A stretch of 64,000 nt of DNA from an uncultured Alphaproteobacteria bacterium (lineage in GTDB: Bacteria; Pseudomonadota; Alphaproteobacteria; Rhizobiales; Aestuariivirgaceae): the NCBI GenBank assembly GCA_963787895.1, contig CAWBEX010000008.1, positions 540,390-604,389 on the forward strand. Direction: 5' to 3'. This document shows, in pieces, positions 1 through 8,806 of the stretch (the stretch's first letter is position 1; every line of letters begins with the position of its first letter). The position numbers and the translations under genes are program-made. The notes below the pieces were generated by a model, which was not told where the DNA came from, made no database searches, and saw only the letters and a list, made by a program, of their open reading frames with translations.

Positions 1-810
1 CGGCTTCAGACCCGTACCTGGTGCTCTCCAGTTCGGCGATGCGCTGCAACCGCATCACCGTAGACGAAGTGCGGAATGATGCCGAAGCCCTGCTTGTTGG
101 ACATCCAGATGATCGGCACCAGGTAGGCGATGATCAGCACGATGTACTGGGCCACCTGGGTCCAGGTCACGCCGCGCATGCCGCCCAGCATCGAGCAGAG
201 CAGGATGCCGAGCAGGCCGAACCAGACGCCAACCTCGAACGGAATGCCGAGCGCCCGCGACAGCGATGGTGCCGGTCGCGTTGATCTGCGCCGTCACGTA
301 GGTGAACGAGGCCACCACCAGAACGATCACAGCGCAAGAAGCGGGCAGGTTGCCGCCATAGCGCGTGCCGATGAAGTCCGGCACCGTGTAGCAGCCGAAC
401 TTGCGCAGGTACGGCGCCATCAGCGAGTTGACCAGCACGTAGCCGCCGGTCCAGCCGACGACGAAGCCGAGATACGGATAACCGCCGAAGTAGATGCCGC
501 CGGCCAGCGCCACGAACGATGCACCGGACATCCAGTCGGCCGCCGTCGCCATGCCGTTGTAGAGGGCCGGCACCTCGCGGCCCGCCACGTAGTAGGCATC
601 GACCTGCGTGGTGCGCGACAGCCAGCCGATGAGCGCATAAATCGCGATGGTGAACATCAGGAAGCCGATGCCGATGGCCCTGGCGCCCATGCCCATCGAC
701 TCGAGGATTGCCATGAATGCGAAGAACAGCAGGAAACCACCAGTGTACATCGCGTAGATCTTGCCAAGATTATCGATAAAATTGGCAGATTTCTTTGTTT
801 CAGTAACCAT
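1..810 (-). pseudogene. Sodium:solute symporter (ActP-like/VC_2705-type), 5' part only, runs off the window; two apparent +1 frameshifts (near 262 and near 45)
   Basis: SSS motifs YYVAGR..PALYNGMATAADWMSGASF and LRKFGCYTVPDFIGTRY are in ORF 55..810. The frame continues in ORF 6..191 (MLGGMRGVTWTQVAQY). Removing one base near 262 restores ..TIASRALGIPFEVGVW.., and one near 45 restores ..VARIAELE... May be sequence error rather than true decay. Confidence 0.8.
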
Positions 811-824
811 TTACTTGCCCCTTG

Positions 825-1085
825 TTATTCGCCAACGCCGAATTCGTCGTCGATCGCGTCCTGGCGCCAGTTCTGCGCCCAGATCAGCACGACGAAGGCG
901 ATGAGCGAGCCCTGGACGCACATGTAGTAGCCCAGCGGGAAGCCGAGGAACGACATGGAATTCAAGCTAGAAGCCATGTACGGCAGAATGATCCCGAAGA
1001 GCACCCACAATGCCAGCACCACATAGGTGAGGTTGCGGGTTTTTTCCCAATGTCGTTGTCTGGATTGTGAAGATGCTTCAGACAT
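825..1085 (-). CDS. DUF4212-type small membrane subunit of the solute:sodium symporter
   Basis: C-terminal 86 aa of ORF 825..2426 (MSEASSQSRQRHWEKTRNLT..FLGFPLGYYMCVQGSLIAFVVLI). Strong GAGGAGGAG RBS before the ATG at 1085, directly upstream of the SSS gene. Confidence 0.85.
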   Translation of the reverse strand: MSEASSQSRQRHWEKTRNLTYVVLALWVLFGIILPYMASSLNSMSFLGFPLGYYMCVQGSLIAFVVLIWAQNWRQDAIDDEFGVGE

Positions 1086-1302
1086 GTTTATCTCCTCCTC
1101 AGAACGTGCAAAGATTGGCACGCACTCCTTTAACTTGCCCTTTTTTGGAGCGTCTGCGCAATTTAAACTTAAGAATGACCCCCATTCAGCCGCTGCTGAG
1201 GTTGGCGATACCCGATGGCAGGGCTCACAAAAAGCCACGGTTTGGGCGGGAAGGGCCAGTTTGCTGGGTGATTTGATCAATAAGGCGATATCCACAGGAA
1301 AC

Positions 1303-1929
1303 ATGGTGGTGTCCGCGCTGTCGTTCCGGCGCCGCGGCGGGCCAATCGATTCGCTGGCCAAGCTTGAGCAGTTCGCTGCATCGCGGGCGGCGTTCGTGAC
1401 GCAGAAGAAGCTGTACGGGTATCTGAAGACCAGAATGGGAACTTCGTGGCCAAAGGTGTTTGGAGACGCGCAGTTCAAGAAGTCGATCAACATAGCGGCA
1501 GCACAGATATTCGCTGCGAGCCTGTCCGACATTACCATCCATACCGTTGCGGTCGCGTTTTCGGGATCCGCCGTCCCCGACGCTTCCAGGAGTGCCCTTG
1601 CCCGGCAGATATACAACCATGGCCTTGCCGAGAACGAGGCCGTTACATCGGCCCACGGCCTCGACCATGAAGCGGCCCGTGCTGAGTTTGCCCGGCGGCT
1701 GGAAGGAACTGACTGGAATCTAGGTGCGATGTTGCCGGGCAACTTCAACCGAAGCCCCGCAGCACTTCTCAAGTGGGCGCCGATTGCCGACGGGCTCAAG
1801 CAATATGACGGAGAAATCGTCGAGAACTCGATGAAGTTTGCCTGGATCGAGTTGCGCGAGGATTTTGCCCGCCGGGTTGACGGACCTGCATTGGTCCGGG
1901 AATTGTCTGGTGAGGCTGCCGCCGCTTGA
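1303..1929 (+). CDS. Conserved hypothetical protein (208 aa)
   Basis: ATG at 1303 preceded by ACAGGAAAC, within ORF 1027..1929. Coding-like sequence (AAFVTQKKLYGYLKTRMGT..WAPIADGLKQYDGEIVENS), co-oriented with the next gene. Confidence 0.7.
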   Translation: MVVSALSFRRRGGPIDSLAKLEQFAASRAAFVTQKKLYGYLKTRMGTSWPKVFGDAQFKKSINIAAAQIFAASLSDITIHTVAVAFSGSAVPDASRSALARQIYNHGLAENEAVTSAHGLDHEAARAEFARRLEGTDWNLGAMLPGNFNRSPAALLKWAPIADGLKQYDGEIVENSMKFAWIELREDFARRVDGPALVRELSGEAAAA

Positions 1930-2009
1930 TTTTTCGCAAGGCGCCGTGGCCCGGTTGGCGCTAGAAACGTTGCCCAGCAGTTCCGTGCTTCAGGAGGGCG
2001 CCGGCCAAA

Positions 2010-4142
2010 ATGTCTTTCACCGTGCAAAGGACCGGGCTGTCGGGTCTGCCATTGGCCATGGTGCCGGTCGTCGTGATGGATACAGAGACCACGGGCCTCA
2101 GGGTTTCCGAGGACAGGGTCATCGAGATTGGCGCGATCCGCGTCACCGATGGCGAAGCCCGGCGCGAGGAGGACTTCTCGCGGCTGATCAATCCGCAGGT
2201 GCCGATCGCGACAGCGTCCACCGCCATCCATGCCATCACTGATGCCGATGTCGCCGATGCCGAGCCGTTCAGACCAGTGATGGAGGCCTTCTCCCGATGG
2301 TGCGGCAACAAGGTTGTGCTGGGCTACTCGACTGGTTTCGACTTGGGTATCCTGAAGGCCGAGCATGACCGCCACGGCATGAAATGGAATGCGCCGCGCA
2401 GTCTCGACGTGCGCCATCTTGTGCAACTGCTGGCGCCGGAATTACCCGACCAGTCGCTCGACATGGCGGCCGGCTGGCTGGGCGTCAAGTTCGGTGAACG
2501 CCACCGGGCATTGGCAGATGCCGAACTGACCTTGCATGTGTTCCAGCGGCTGATCCCCAGGCTGAAGCAGAAGGGTATCGTGACCCTGTCGCAAGCCGAG
2601 AGGGCCTGCCTGTCACTCGGCTCGCGGCTGACGACGGAAACCCAGGCGGGCTGGCACGACGTGGTGCGGACTGACCGCACCAGGCCGGCAGCGGTCAGCG
2701 AGTACATGCGCATCGACAGCTATCCCTACCGCCACCGGGTGTACGACGTGATGCATACCTCGCCGTTGTTGATGGACCCTGATGCTCAGGTCAAGATGGC
2801 CCTTGCCGAGATGATGGAGAAGCAGATCAGTTCGGTATTCGTCAACCCGCTTGAGGCCGGCGGACCACACGGTATCCTGACCGAGAGGGACGTGCTGCGC
2901 GGCATCAATGCAAGCGGCGCTGCGGTCCTGTCGAAGCCGGTCCGCTCACTGACCAGGTTTCCGCTGGTGGCGATCAACCAGGACGAGTTCGTCTACCGCG
3001 CCGTGACAACCATGGCTGTAGGCGGGTTCCGCCATCTCGGCGTTGTCGATGATGCCGGCAATCTGACCGGTGCGCTGAGTGCGCGCGACCTGCTGAAACA
3101 GCGGGCGGGTGGCGCGGTGCTGCTGGACAACAGCATAGATCAGGCGCGCACCCCAGCCGAGCTTGGCAAGGTGTGGGCGGGGCTCACGACCGTGGTGCGA
3201 GGGCTGGTTACGGAAGAGGTCGACTCGCGCGATATTGCATCGGTGGTATCTCGTGAACTGAGGGCTTTGACCGCGCGGGCATGCGCGCTCGCCGAGGAGC
3301 AGATGAAGGCCGCGGGCAAAGGCAAACCGCCGCAACGCTACGCGATGTTCGTGATCGGCTCCGGCGGGCGCGGCGAAAGCTTGCTGGCGATGGACCAGGA
3401 CAATGCCATCATCTATGAGCAGGGAGACGAAGATGACCCTGTAGATGCATGGTTCGCGCAACTTGGCCAGATCGTGGCCGATACGCTCAACGATGCCGGT
3501 GTGGCCTATTGCAAGGGCAACATCATGGCGTCGCATCCGGCGTGGCGAAAGGATGCGGCTCGGTGGCGGGCTACCGTATCGGAGTGGCTCACCAAGTCCC
3601 GGCCCGATGACATTCTGGATTCCGACATCTTCTTCGACGCGGTCGGTGTGCATGGCCACCAGCCGCTGGTGGACGGGCTGGTTCAGGACGCCATTGCTGC
3701 TGCGAGCGAGGCGAAAGACTTCCTGCGCGCCATGGGTTTGCGGGCCGGACATTTTGAGTCACCAGTGGGATGGTTGGGACGCTTCAAGCTCGACGATGGG
3801 CGGATCGACCTCAAAAAGTGCGGACTGCTGCCGCTGTTCTCGTGCGCACGGGTGCTGGCGCTGCGCCACGGCCTGACTGTCCGGTCGACGCCGAGGCGGC
3901 TGGCTGTGGCACGTGAAATGAACGTCGAAGGCGCACACGTCATCGAAGACCTGCTAGAAGCGCACCGGGTAATTATGGATGCGATCCTGCGTCAGCAATT
4001 GCGGGATATCGAGGCCGGGCTGAAGCTAGGCAACAAGGTGGATCCGATGCAGCTGGACAGCTTGCATCTCCAGCAATTGCGCTGGGCAGTCGATCAGGTG
4101 CCAAGGATACGCGATCTGCTGGGACTGCCAACCTTCGGCTGA
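2010..4142 (+). CDS. DEDDh 3'-5' exonuclease - CBS pair - DUF294 (GlnD/GlnE-like) nucleotidyltransferase fusion
   Basis: ExoI VMDTETTG, ExoII GFDLGIL, ExoIII HRALADA; CBS motifs GILTERDVLR and GALSARDLL; nucleotidyltransferase motif GSGGRGESLLAMDQDNA; C-terminal IDLKKCGLLPL typical of DUF294_C. Confidence 0.85.
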   Translation: MSFTVQRTGLSGLPLAMVPVVVMDTETTGLRVSEDRVIEIGAIRVTDGEARREEDFSRLINPQVPIATASTAIHAITDADVADAEPFRPVMEAFSRWCGNKVVLGYSTGFDLGILKAEHDRHGMKWNAPRSLDVRHLVQLLAPELPDQSLDMAAGWLGVKFGERHRALADAELTLHVFQRLIPRLKQKGIVTLSQAERACLSLGSRLTTETQAGWHDVVRTDRTRPAAVSEYMRIDSYPYRHRVYDVMHTSPLLMDPDAQVKMALAEMMEKQISSVFVNPLEAGGPHGILTERDVLRGINASGAAVLSKPVRSLTRFPLVAINQDEFVYRAVTTMAVGGFRHLGVVDDAGNLTGALSARDLLKQRAGGAVLLDNSIDQARTPAELGKVWAGLTTVVRGLVTEEVDSRDIASVVSRELRALTARACALAEEQMKAAGKGKPPQRYAMFVIGSGGRGESLLAMDQDNAIIYEQGDEDDPVDAWFAQLGQIVADTLNDAGVAYCKGNIMASHPAWRKDAARWRATVSEWLTKSRPDDILDSDIFFDAVGVHGHQPLVDGLVQDAIAAASEAKDFLRAMGLRAGHFESPVGWLGRFKLDDGRIDLKKCGLLPLFSCARVLALRHGLTVRSTPRRLAVAREMNVEGAHVIEDLLEAHRVIMDAILRQQLRDIEAGLKLGNKVDPMQLDSLHLQQLRWAVDQVPRIRDLLGLPTFG

Positions 4143-4530
4143 CAGTTCTCGTCTCCCTGCCCTGGATCCAGAGAACACGATTGTCCACAATGTCACGTGG
4201 TGCGGAGCTGGCACTTCTACTTGCGGGCATTGGAGTATTTGTAGCGGTCAGTCACGTTTGGCCTCGTGGCCATCGGTTGCATAGTATCGCCCCTCTCTAA
4301 GCCACCGGCGTTGCCCTACTGCAGAAATGTGCTGACACTCGGTTCCGTAAACCACCAAGCCAAACTTGCGATAGGCCTCAGTCCATAGATCTTTGTCTTC
4401 GCGCCTTTGGCAAAGCCGCATGTGACTCTCATATGGTTTATATTCGCCTTAGAGATCAGGCATATTCTGTCTGGAGCCGAATATGCTCTTCACAAGCTGG
4501 CAAGTTTCCTTCTTGCACATGACAAATCGC

Positions 4531-4920
4531 AATCTGCTGATGGGCCAAACCAAATTCTCTTCTGAACACGAAAGCCGGCACATTATCCAACGGCACCCGC
4601 AAGGCGGCATTGCCGCGTCACGCTGTGACCTGGTGCTTCACGAATACATGCGCAAGTAGCACAATCGCAGGCAAGTAACGGGTAACGCGCCATCAACTTC
4701 CTCCCTCAACTCAATGATGCACTGGCTGTTCAACCGGCTGGAAAGCTTGGCTTCTAATTATGTTGCTGAGCACCGGGCCAAGTGACGCAAGCCCTACCGG
4801 CATCAGCATCATGTGGTCAGCGAAAGCCATAAGATGTTTTGACCCAACACGGTCATGTGCCGCACTGCGCCGATCAGCACAAAGGGCGGATTCCTGACCT
4901 TCACCGCTCTGCAGCGAAAT
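4531..4920 (+). repeat. Degenerate copies of the island palindrome family (cluster 1)
   Basis: 4531-4556 aatctgc-tgatgggccaaa-ccaaatt (weak). 4860-4868 ccgcactgc is identical to 11901-11909. 4881-4915 aaagggcggatt-cctgacctt-caccgctctgcagc aligns with 9997-10031 tttgggcgggaa-gcggacatt-cgctgcactgcagc. Confidence 0.5.
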
Positions 4921-5093
4921 GTAAAAGGCTTCTGCCTGCCTGATGTACGGACCAATGATCCAGACATGCTGCGACATAAAATACCGCCAACACTGATCTG
5001 CATTAGTGCCCGCACTGAAATATCGTTGCATGGTGTTTCATGCATTGTCTTAGCGCCAGTCGGCGTAGAGATGCACGAAACAGGAGACGACAA

Positions 5094-5348
5094 ATGAAAC
5101 GCCTATTCATACCAGCACTGGCAGTCCTAATGACAGTTGCAGCAAGCAGCGTGTTTGCAGCTTCAGTTACCGACAAGATCAAGAGCATGAATACCGCGAC
5201 CTATACGGTGACGTTGGAAAATGATGAAATGTACATTTTTCCATCTGATTATGACCTGTCTGCGCTGAAGGCCGGTGAAGAGGTTGAAATCACCTTTGAA
5301 GCCACCGACGGAAAGAACCAGGCGACGGCTGTCAAATCATCGATGTAG
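5094..5348 (+). CDS. DUF1344-like small secreted protein
   Basis: ATG at 5094 after CAGGAG RBS; signal peptide ending VFA; TVTLENDEMYIFPSDYDLSALKAGEEVEITF pattern resembles DUF1344. Confidence 0.75.
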   Translation: MKRLFIPALAVLMTVAASSVFAASVTDKIKSMNTATYTVTLENDEMYIFPSDYDLSALKAGEEVEITFEATDGKNQATAVKSSM

Positions 5349-5355
5349 GCAAAAC

Positions 5356-5393
5356 AATTGCCTGGTTGCCCAACACAGGTTGACCAGGCAATT
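5356..5393 (+). terminator. Stem-loop after the DUF1344 gene
   Basis: aattgcctggt (5356-5366) / accaggcaatt (5383-5393), a perfect 11-bp inverted repeat 7 nt after the stop. Confidence 0.6.
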
Positions 5394-5505
5394 ACCATGT
5401 CTCGAAAACAAGTCGGTTACCGATCACAGGAAAGCCCTGTGACCTCAAGGCCCGTTTTTGAGTTCAACAAATGGTAGTCATAAAATTTTATAAAGAGACA
5501 TAGAA

Positions 5506-5757
5506 ATGTATGCGCTTTCTGAACCAAGTTCAAATGCCTGTCGCCAGACTCCGGGGGATGCATTGAACTTTGTTCTTGTACCAATTGCCCTGCTGGTAGC
5601 CTGCGCCGTTATCAGCACTTCGATACTGATCAACGCCGAGATTCCGGTTGTACCCAATCTAAACGTGACGACTATACCGAAGACCGACATGAACTGGCCA
5701 CTAAAGGGCCTGATGACTTCGGATGCTTGTGGCTATCGCCAGTGTGACAGCATTTGA
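5506..5757 (+). CDS. Hypothetical membrane-anchored small protein
   Basis: 83-aa ORF with one hydrophobic segment (FVLVPIALLVACAVISTSILI) and an AG-rich upstream region; no family recognised. Confidence 0.4.
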   Translation: MYALSEPSSNACRQTPGDALNFVLVPIALLVACAVISTSILINAEIPVVPNLNVTTIPKTDMNWPLKGLMTSDACGYRQCDSI

Positions 5758-5967
5758 ATGAATGGGCCCGACAGAAAACAAGCAGTTTTAAGAGCAATAC
5801 CTGCCAGGTTACCATGTGAGGCGGTCACATTTGTTCGCAACCTGGGATTTGTTTTCGCCATTCTTGATAACAATGAACAGCCGGGTCATCTCGATAAGGC
5901 AGCCACTCCCTCGGACCGGCCTTCCTGAAGATAGATTGTCAATAAGACGTTAAAAGACGCAAACTTC

Positions 5968-6237
5968 GTGCCACTTGATTTCCCAAACCCGAGTCGCAGT
6001 TACGATGAATCCCGGCGCAGCATCCGATTCTCAGGATACGACGGGGCGTTTGAGATTCCATTCAGTATCGATGTCGATGCGCTTCCCATGCAGCATGACA
6101 ATTGCCAGCATTCTGGAGAAGACGACTATCTTTCGGCTTTTGATTACTCTCGTAAGTCAATTCAGGATGTAGCGTGCGAGGCGTATTCTCATGGCCACAA
6201 GGAGATCTATTTACTGAAGGCAAGCGATTTCATATAG
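5968..6237 (+). CDS. DUF1488 family protein
   Basis: FPNPSRSYDESRRSIRFSGYDGAFEIPFSIDVDAL matches the DUF1488 pattern; GTG start. Confidence 0.8.
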   Translation: MPLDFPNPSRSYDESRRSIRFSGYDGAFEIPFSIDVDALPMQHDNCQHSGEDDYLSAFDYSRKSIQDVACEAYSHGHKEIYLLKASDFI

Positions 6238-6315
6238 CGAAGGCAAGCAGTGAATGCCGACAAAACTAGTCTCGGGACGCTCGGTGCTTATTGCATTTCG
6301 GAGAAAGCCAAGAGG

Positions 6316-6636
6316 CTATGCGCCGAGGGTCCTGGATCTTCTGCGCCATTCTCTTTTCTCCTCAGGTAGCTGTCCCCTGACATCCACATGCACCGCTTCT
6401 GCCAATTGATCTACTGTCTTGCTCGAAATCCGGATTTCCAGAAGCCGACCGTCATCTGTTCGCGGTTGTAGATCAGCGAGATCAAATATTGCACCTAGTA
6501 TGCTGGCGGACGAGCGGATTTCACCGTTGCAGGTTACTCCGGCATGTTGCGTGAGGTATCCATCAAAATCATAGTAGGCCCCTGGCAATATCCTTGCCAT
6601 GTTGTACAAGCGTACCCTCACCAGATATTCCACCAA
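6316..6636 (-). CDS. Hypothetical protein
   Basis: 106-aa ORF filling the gap between neighbouring genes, co-oriented with the two genes upstream; start uncertain, no family recognised. Confidence 0.4.
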   Translation of the reverse strand: MVEYLVRVRLYNMARILPGAYYDFDGYLTQHAGVTCNGEIRSSASILGAIFDLADLQPRTDDGRLLEIRISSKTVDQLAEAVHVDVRGQLPEEKREWRRRSRTLGA

Positions 6637-6645
6637 GGTATTCCG

Positions 6646-6942
6646 TCATTTCACACTATTCCTTCCAGCTTTGCCTGATGCACTCCGCTCAGCGTCTGCT
6701 CTGATTGCTGCGCCCAGTTCGTCACTGTCCACCGGAAACACCTGGGTCTTGCCTGTGCCGGCCGACAGTGCAGGGACGTGAAGCATGGTTGACGAGCGCC
6801 GATATGCCACAAAAGACAGCCCGGGGATTTCATCGTCCACAACTACAAGTCGATAGGTACCAGCTGGCTGTGGTCCATCCATCGGTGACAGATTGAACTG
6901 GTGCTGGAAAGTGACAGTGCTTTCGTTGGTACGCGAAGTCAT
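6646..6942 (-). CDS. Conserved alphaproteobacterial hypothetical protein
   Basis: MTSRTNESTVTFQHQFNLSPMDGPQPAGTYRLVVVDDEIPGLSFVAYRR pattern, which I recognise from small proteins found near Crp/Fnr genes; ATG at 6942. Confidence 0.7.
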   Translation of the reverse strand: MTSRTNESTVTFQHQFNLSPMDGPQPAGTYRLVVVDDEIPGLSFVAYRRSSTMLHVPALSAGTGKTQVFPVDSDELGAAIRADAERSASGKAGRNSVK

Positions 6943-7016
6943 GCCTTCTGTCTCACTGCCTCTTGCTTCCACCCCCCGACAGACACCATGCCTGTGGAAA
7001 GTGTAGGCTGCTTCAA

Positions 7017-7253
7017 CTAGTTGCGGCGCACGGAATTTCCGCCATTCACTATCCCGTTGATCAATACTGATACTACCTTATGCAAATCTGCTTTTTCGCT
7101 CCCGGCAGGTATGTTTTCGTGGGCAGCAGCGGCGTCTTTCAGAACACCAAGAATCTCGTGCTCTGGAAGAATCTTTCGGTCGTTCAATGCCAACAGAAGA
7201 GACTCCAGAATTGACAGCGCAATGATACCTGAAAAATCTCTTGGCTCTGACAT
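7017..7253 (-). CDS. Conserved small hypothetical protein, divergent from the Crp/Fnr regulator
   Basis: ALSILESLLLALNDRKILPEHEILGVLKDAAAAHEN..LINGIVNGGNSVRR, a pattern I recognise as a recurrent Crp/Fnr neighbour. Confidence 0.7.
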   Translation of the reverse strand: MSEPRDFSGIIALSILESLLLALNDRKILPEHEILGVLKDAAAAHENIPAGSEKADLHKVVSVLINGIVNGGNSVRRN

Positions 7254-7322
7254 ATGCGGTAGCCCCGGCTTTCATATTCGGTCTGTTGTTAAAGACTAAC
7301 GAGGTTTCATAGTTTCACATTC

Positions 7323-7336
7323 TTGATTGATATGAA
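7323..7336. promoter_or_regulatory. FNR/FixK-box-like site
   Basis: TTGAT-TGAT-ATGAA, one mismatch to TTGAT-N4-ATCAA, in the divergent intergenic region. Confidence 0.4.
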
Positions 7337-7375
7337 CTGATCCAAAGCAGTTTCCCTGCCGTTTTTCTGATAAGG

Positions 7376-8158
7376 TTGTGTTTCGCTGGAATGGTTATTC
7401 GGCCCACCTTAACCGCAGAGGTTCCATTAATTGTGAGACAAGACAGCCCCCTTGCCCGAAAGCTGGGAACCTACGTGGTATTGTCCGAGGAAGAATTGCT
7501 TGTGCTCAGCAAACTTCATCAGCGGCGGCGAACACTCAAGGCCGGGCAGACTCTATTTCACCAGGGTGACCTAACACAATCCGCCTACATCCTGGCGAGT
7601 GGCTGGGCGTGTTCATACAAACTCATGCGTGATGGAACACGTCAGATTGTAGATTTTCAAATACCGGGGGATTTTTTGGGTTTGCGCAGCATTCTGTTCC
7701 GCACGGCAGACCATAATATCGATGCGGTCACGCCAATCGAGGTTTCCGAAGTTTCGATGCATGAAATGATCGACTCGTTTACCAGAACGCCGCGACTGGC
7801 TACTGCTATTCTTTGGGCTGCTTCGCGAGATGAAGCGATGGTGGTGGAGCACCTGGTCAATCTGGGATGCCGGGACGCTTTCGAGCGGACAGCACACTTC
7901 TTGCTGGAACTCGGATCAAGGATGATCCTTGCGGGGCTTGGTACAACGAAAGGCTATCCCTGCCCGCTGTCCCAATATCTCCTCGCTGACGTCCTGGGGC
8001 TGAGTGCGGTCCATGTCAACCGGGTGCTGCGCCAACTGCGGGAAGACCGTCTGCTGACATTTCAGAAAGGCAATGTGACATTCGAGGATCTTGACCGACT
8101 GGTGGACTTGGCCGAATTTGATAAATCCTACCTCGATGATGGTCCGCTGCTCAGATAA
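7376..8158 (+). CDS. Crp/Fnr family transcriptional regulator (start may be GTG at 7433)
   Basis: cNMP-binding fold (GWACSYKLMRDGTRQIVDFQIPGDFLG) and C-terminal HTH (LSQYLLADVLGLSAVHVNRVLRQLR). No N-terminal FNR cysteine cluster, so FixK-like. Confidence 0.9.
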   Translation: MCFAGMVIRPTLTAEVPLIVRQDSPLARKLGTYVVLSEEELLVLSKLHQRRRTLKAGQTLFHQGDLTQSAYILASGWACSYKLMRDGTRQIVDFQIPGDFLGLRSILFRTADHNIDAVTPIEVSEVSMHEMIDSFTRTPRLATAILWAASRDEAMVVEHLVNLGCRDAFERTAHFLLELGSRMILAGLGTTKGYPCPLSQYLLADVLGLSAVHVNRVLRQLREDRLLTFQKGNVTFEDLDRLVDLAEFDKSYLDDGPLLR

Positions 8159-8296
8159 ATGGCAGAGCAAGCGTTAGCCTGGTCAGATTGTTTGCGTGGA
8201 GCAAGATGGATCTCTAGAAGCCATAAAGTTGCTCTAACACTCTGGAAACGAACAGGTTAGTGATTTTTTGGTTAAATCAACCATTCTGATCTAGTG

Positions 8297-8323
8297 CCAC
8301 CCCGGCAAGAATTGCCGGAGTGG
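8297..8323. terminator. Stem-loop between convergent Crp/Fnr and small-protein genes
   Basis: ccaccccggcaa / ttgccggagtgg inverted repeat with one mismatch and a 3-nt loop. Confidence 0.55.
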
Positions 8324-8345
8324 AGTCTGCTTTCGTGCCGCCGGA

Positions 8346-8540
8346 TCAGTTCAGCGCAAGCTTTGCCGCGTCCAGTTCCTTGATGCATTCAGCTTCATTC
8401 TTTGCTGTGTGGGCCTTCTCGGCAGCCTGGTAATGCTTCAAGGATGCGTCCTTCTTTGGACCGGTAGGCGCCTTGTCCCATGCGGACTTGACGGTCTTCA
8501 TCTTCTCGGATGCAGCGGACATATTGGTTGATTCAGACAT
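8346..8540 (-). CDS. Small conserved hypothetical protein (64 aa)
   Basis: KMKTVKSAWDKAPTGPKKDASLKHYQAAEKAH; AAGGAA RBS upstream; pattern recognised from small alphaproteobacterial proteins. Confidence 0.7.
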   Translation of the reverse strand: MSESTNMSAASEKMKTVKSAWDKAPTGPKKDASLKHYQAAEKAHTAKNEAECIKELDAAKLALN

Positions 8541-8806
8541 GTCGGTATTCCTTTGTTAGCGCCTGTGTAGAAGTACGCCCAAAGTCTGCACTAGCAGCGC
8601 GAGGGGTGAAACGCTGTGTGGTCTGGGTTCGACTGATTTCAGAGGTCGCTGTGTGTGGGGCCGATAATTCGGCGCCAATCGTGGGACCGTAGCCAACTAT
8701 CGAGACGGGCATACTGATGCAAATCAGTTTCCTCGATCATTGTTTCCTAAATCTTACATCATGGCTGTTGATGGCACATTTTAGACTCTTCCGATGAGCT
8801 GCAGAT

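Noticed and set aside
825-2426. 533-aa ORF as one gene
   Set aside because: Only the last 86 codons are DUF4212-like with their own RBS; the rest is antisense to real + strand genes.
7842-7850. tggtggagc matching the tRNA-Ala 3' end (possible att duplication)
   Set aside because: Only 9 bp and inside the Crp/Fnr coding frame (MVVEH); consistent with chance.
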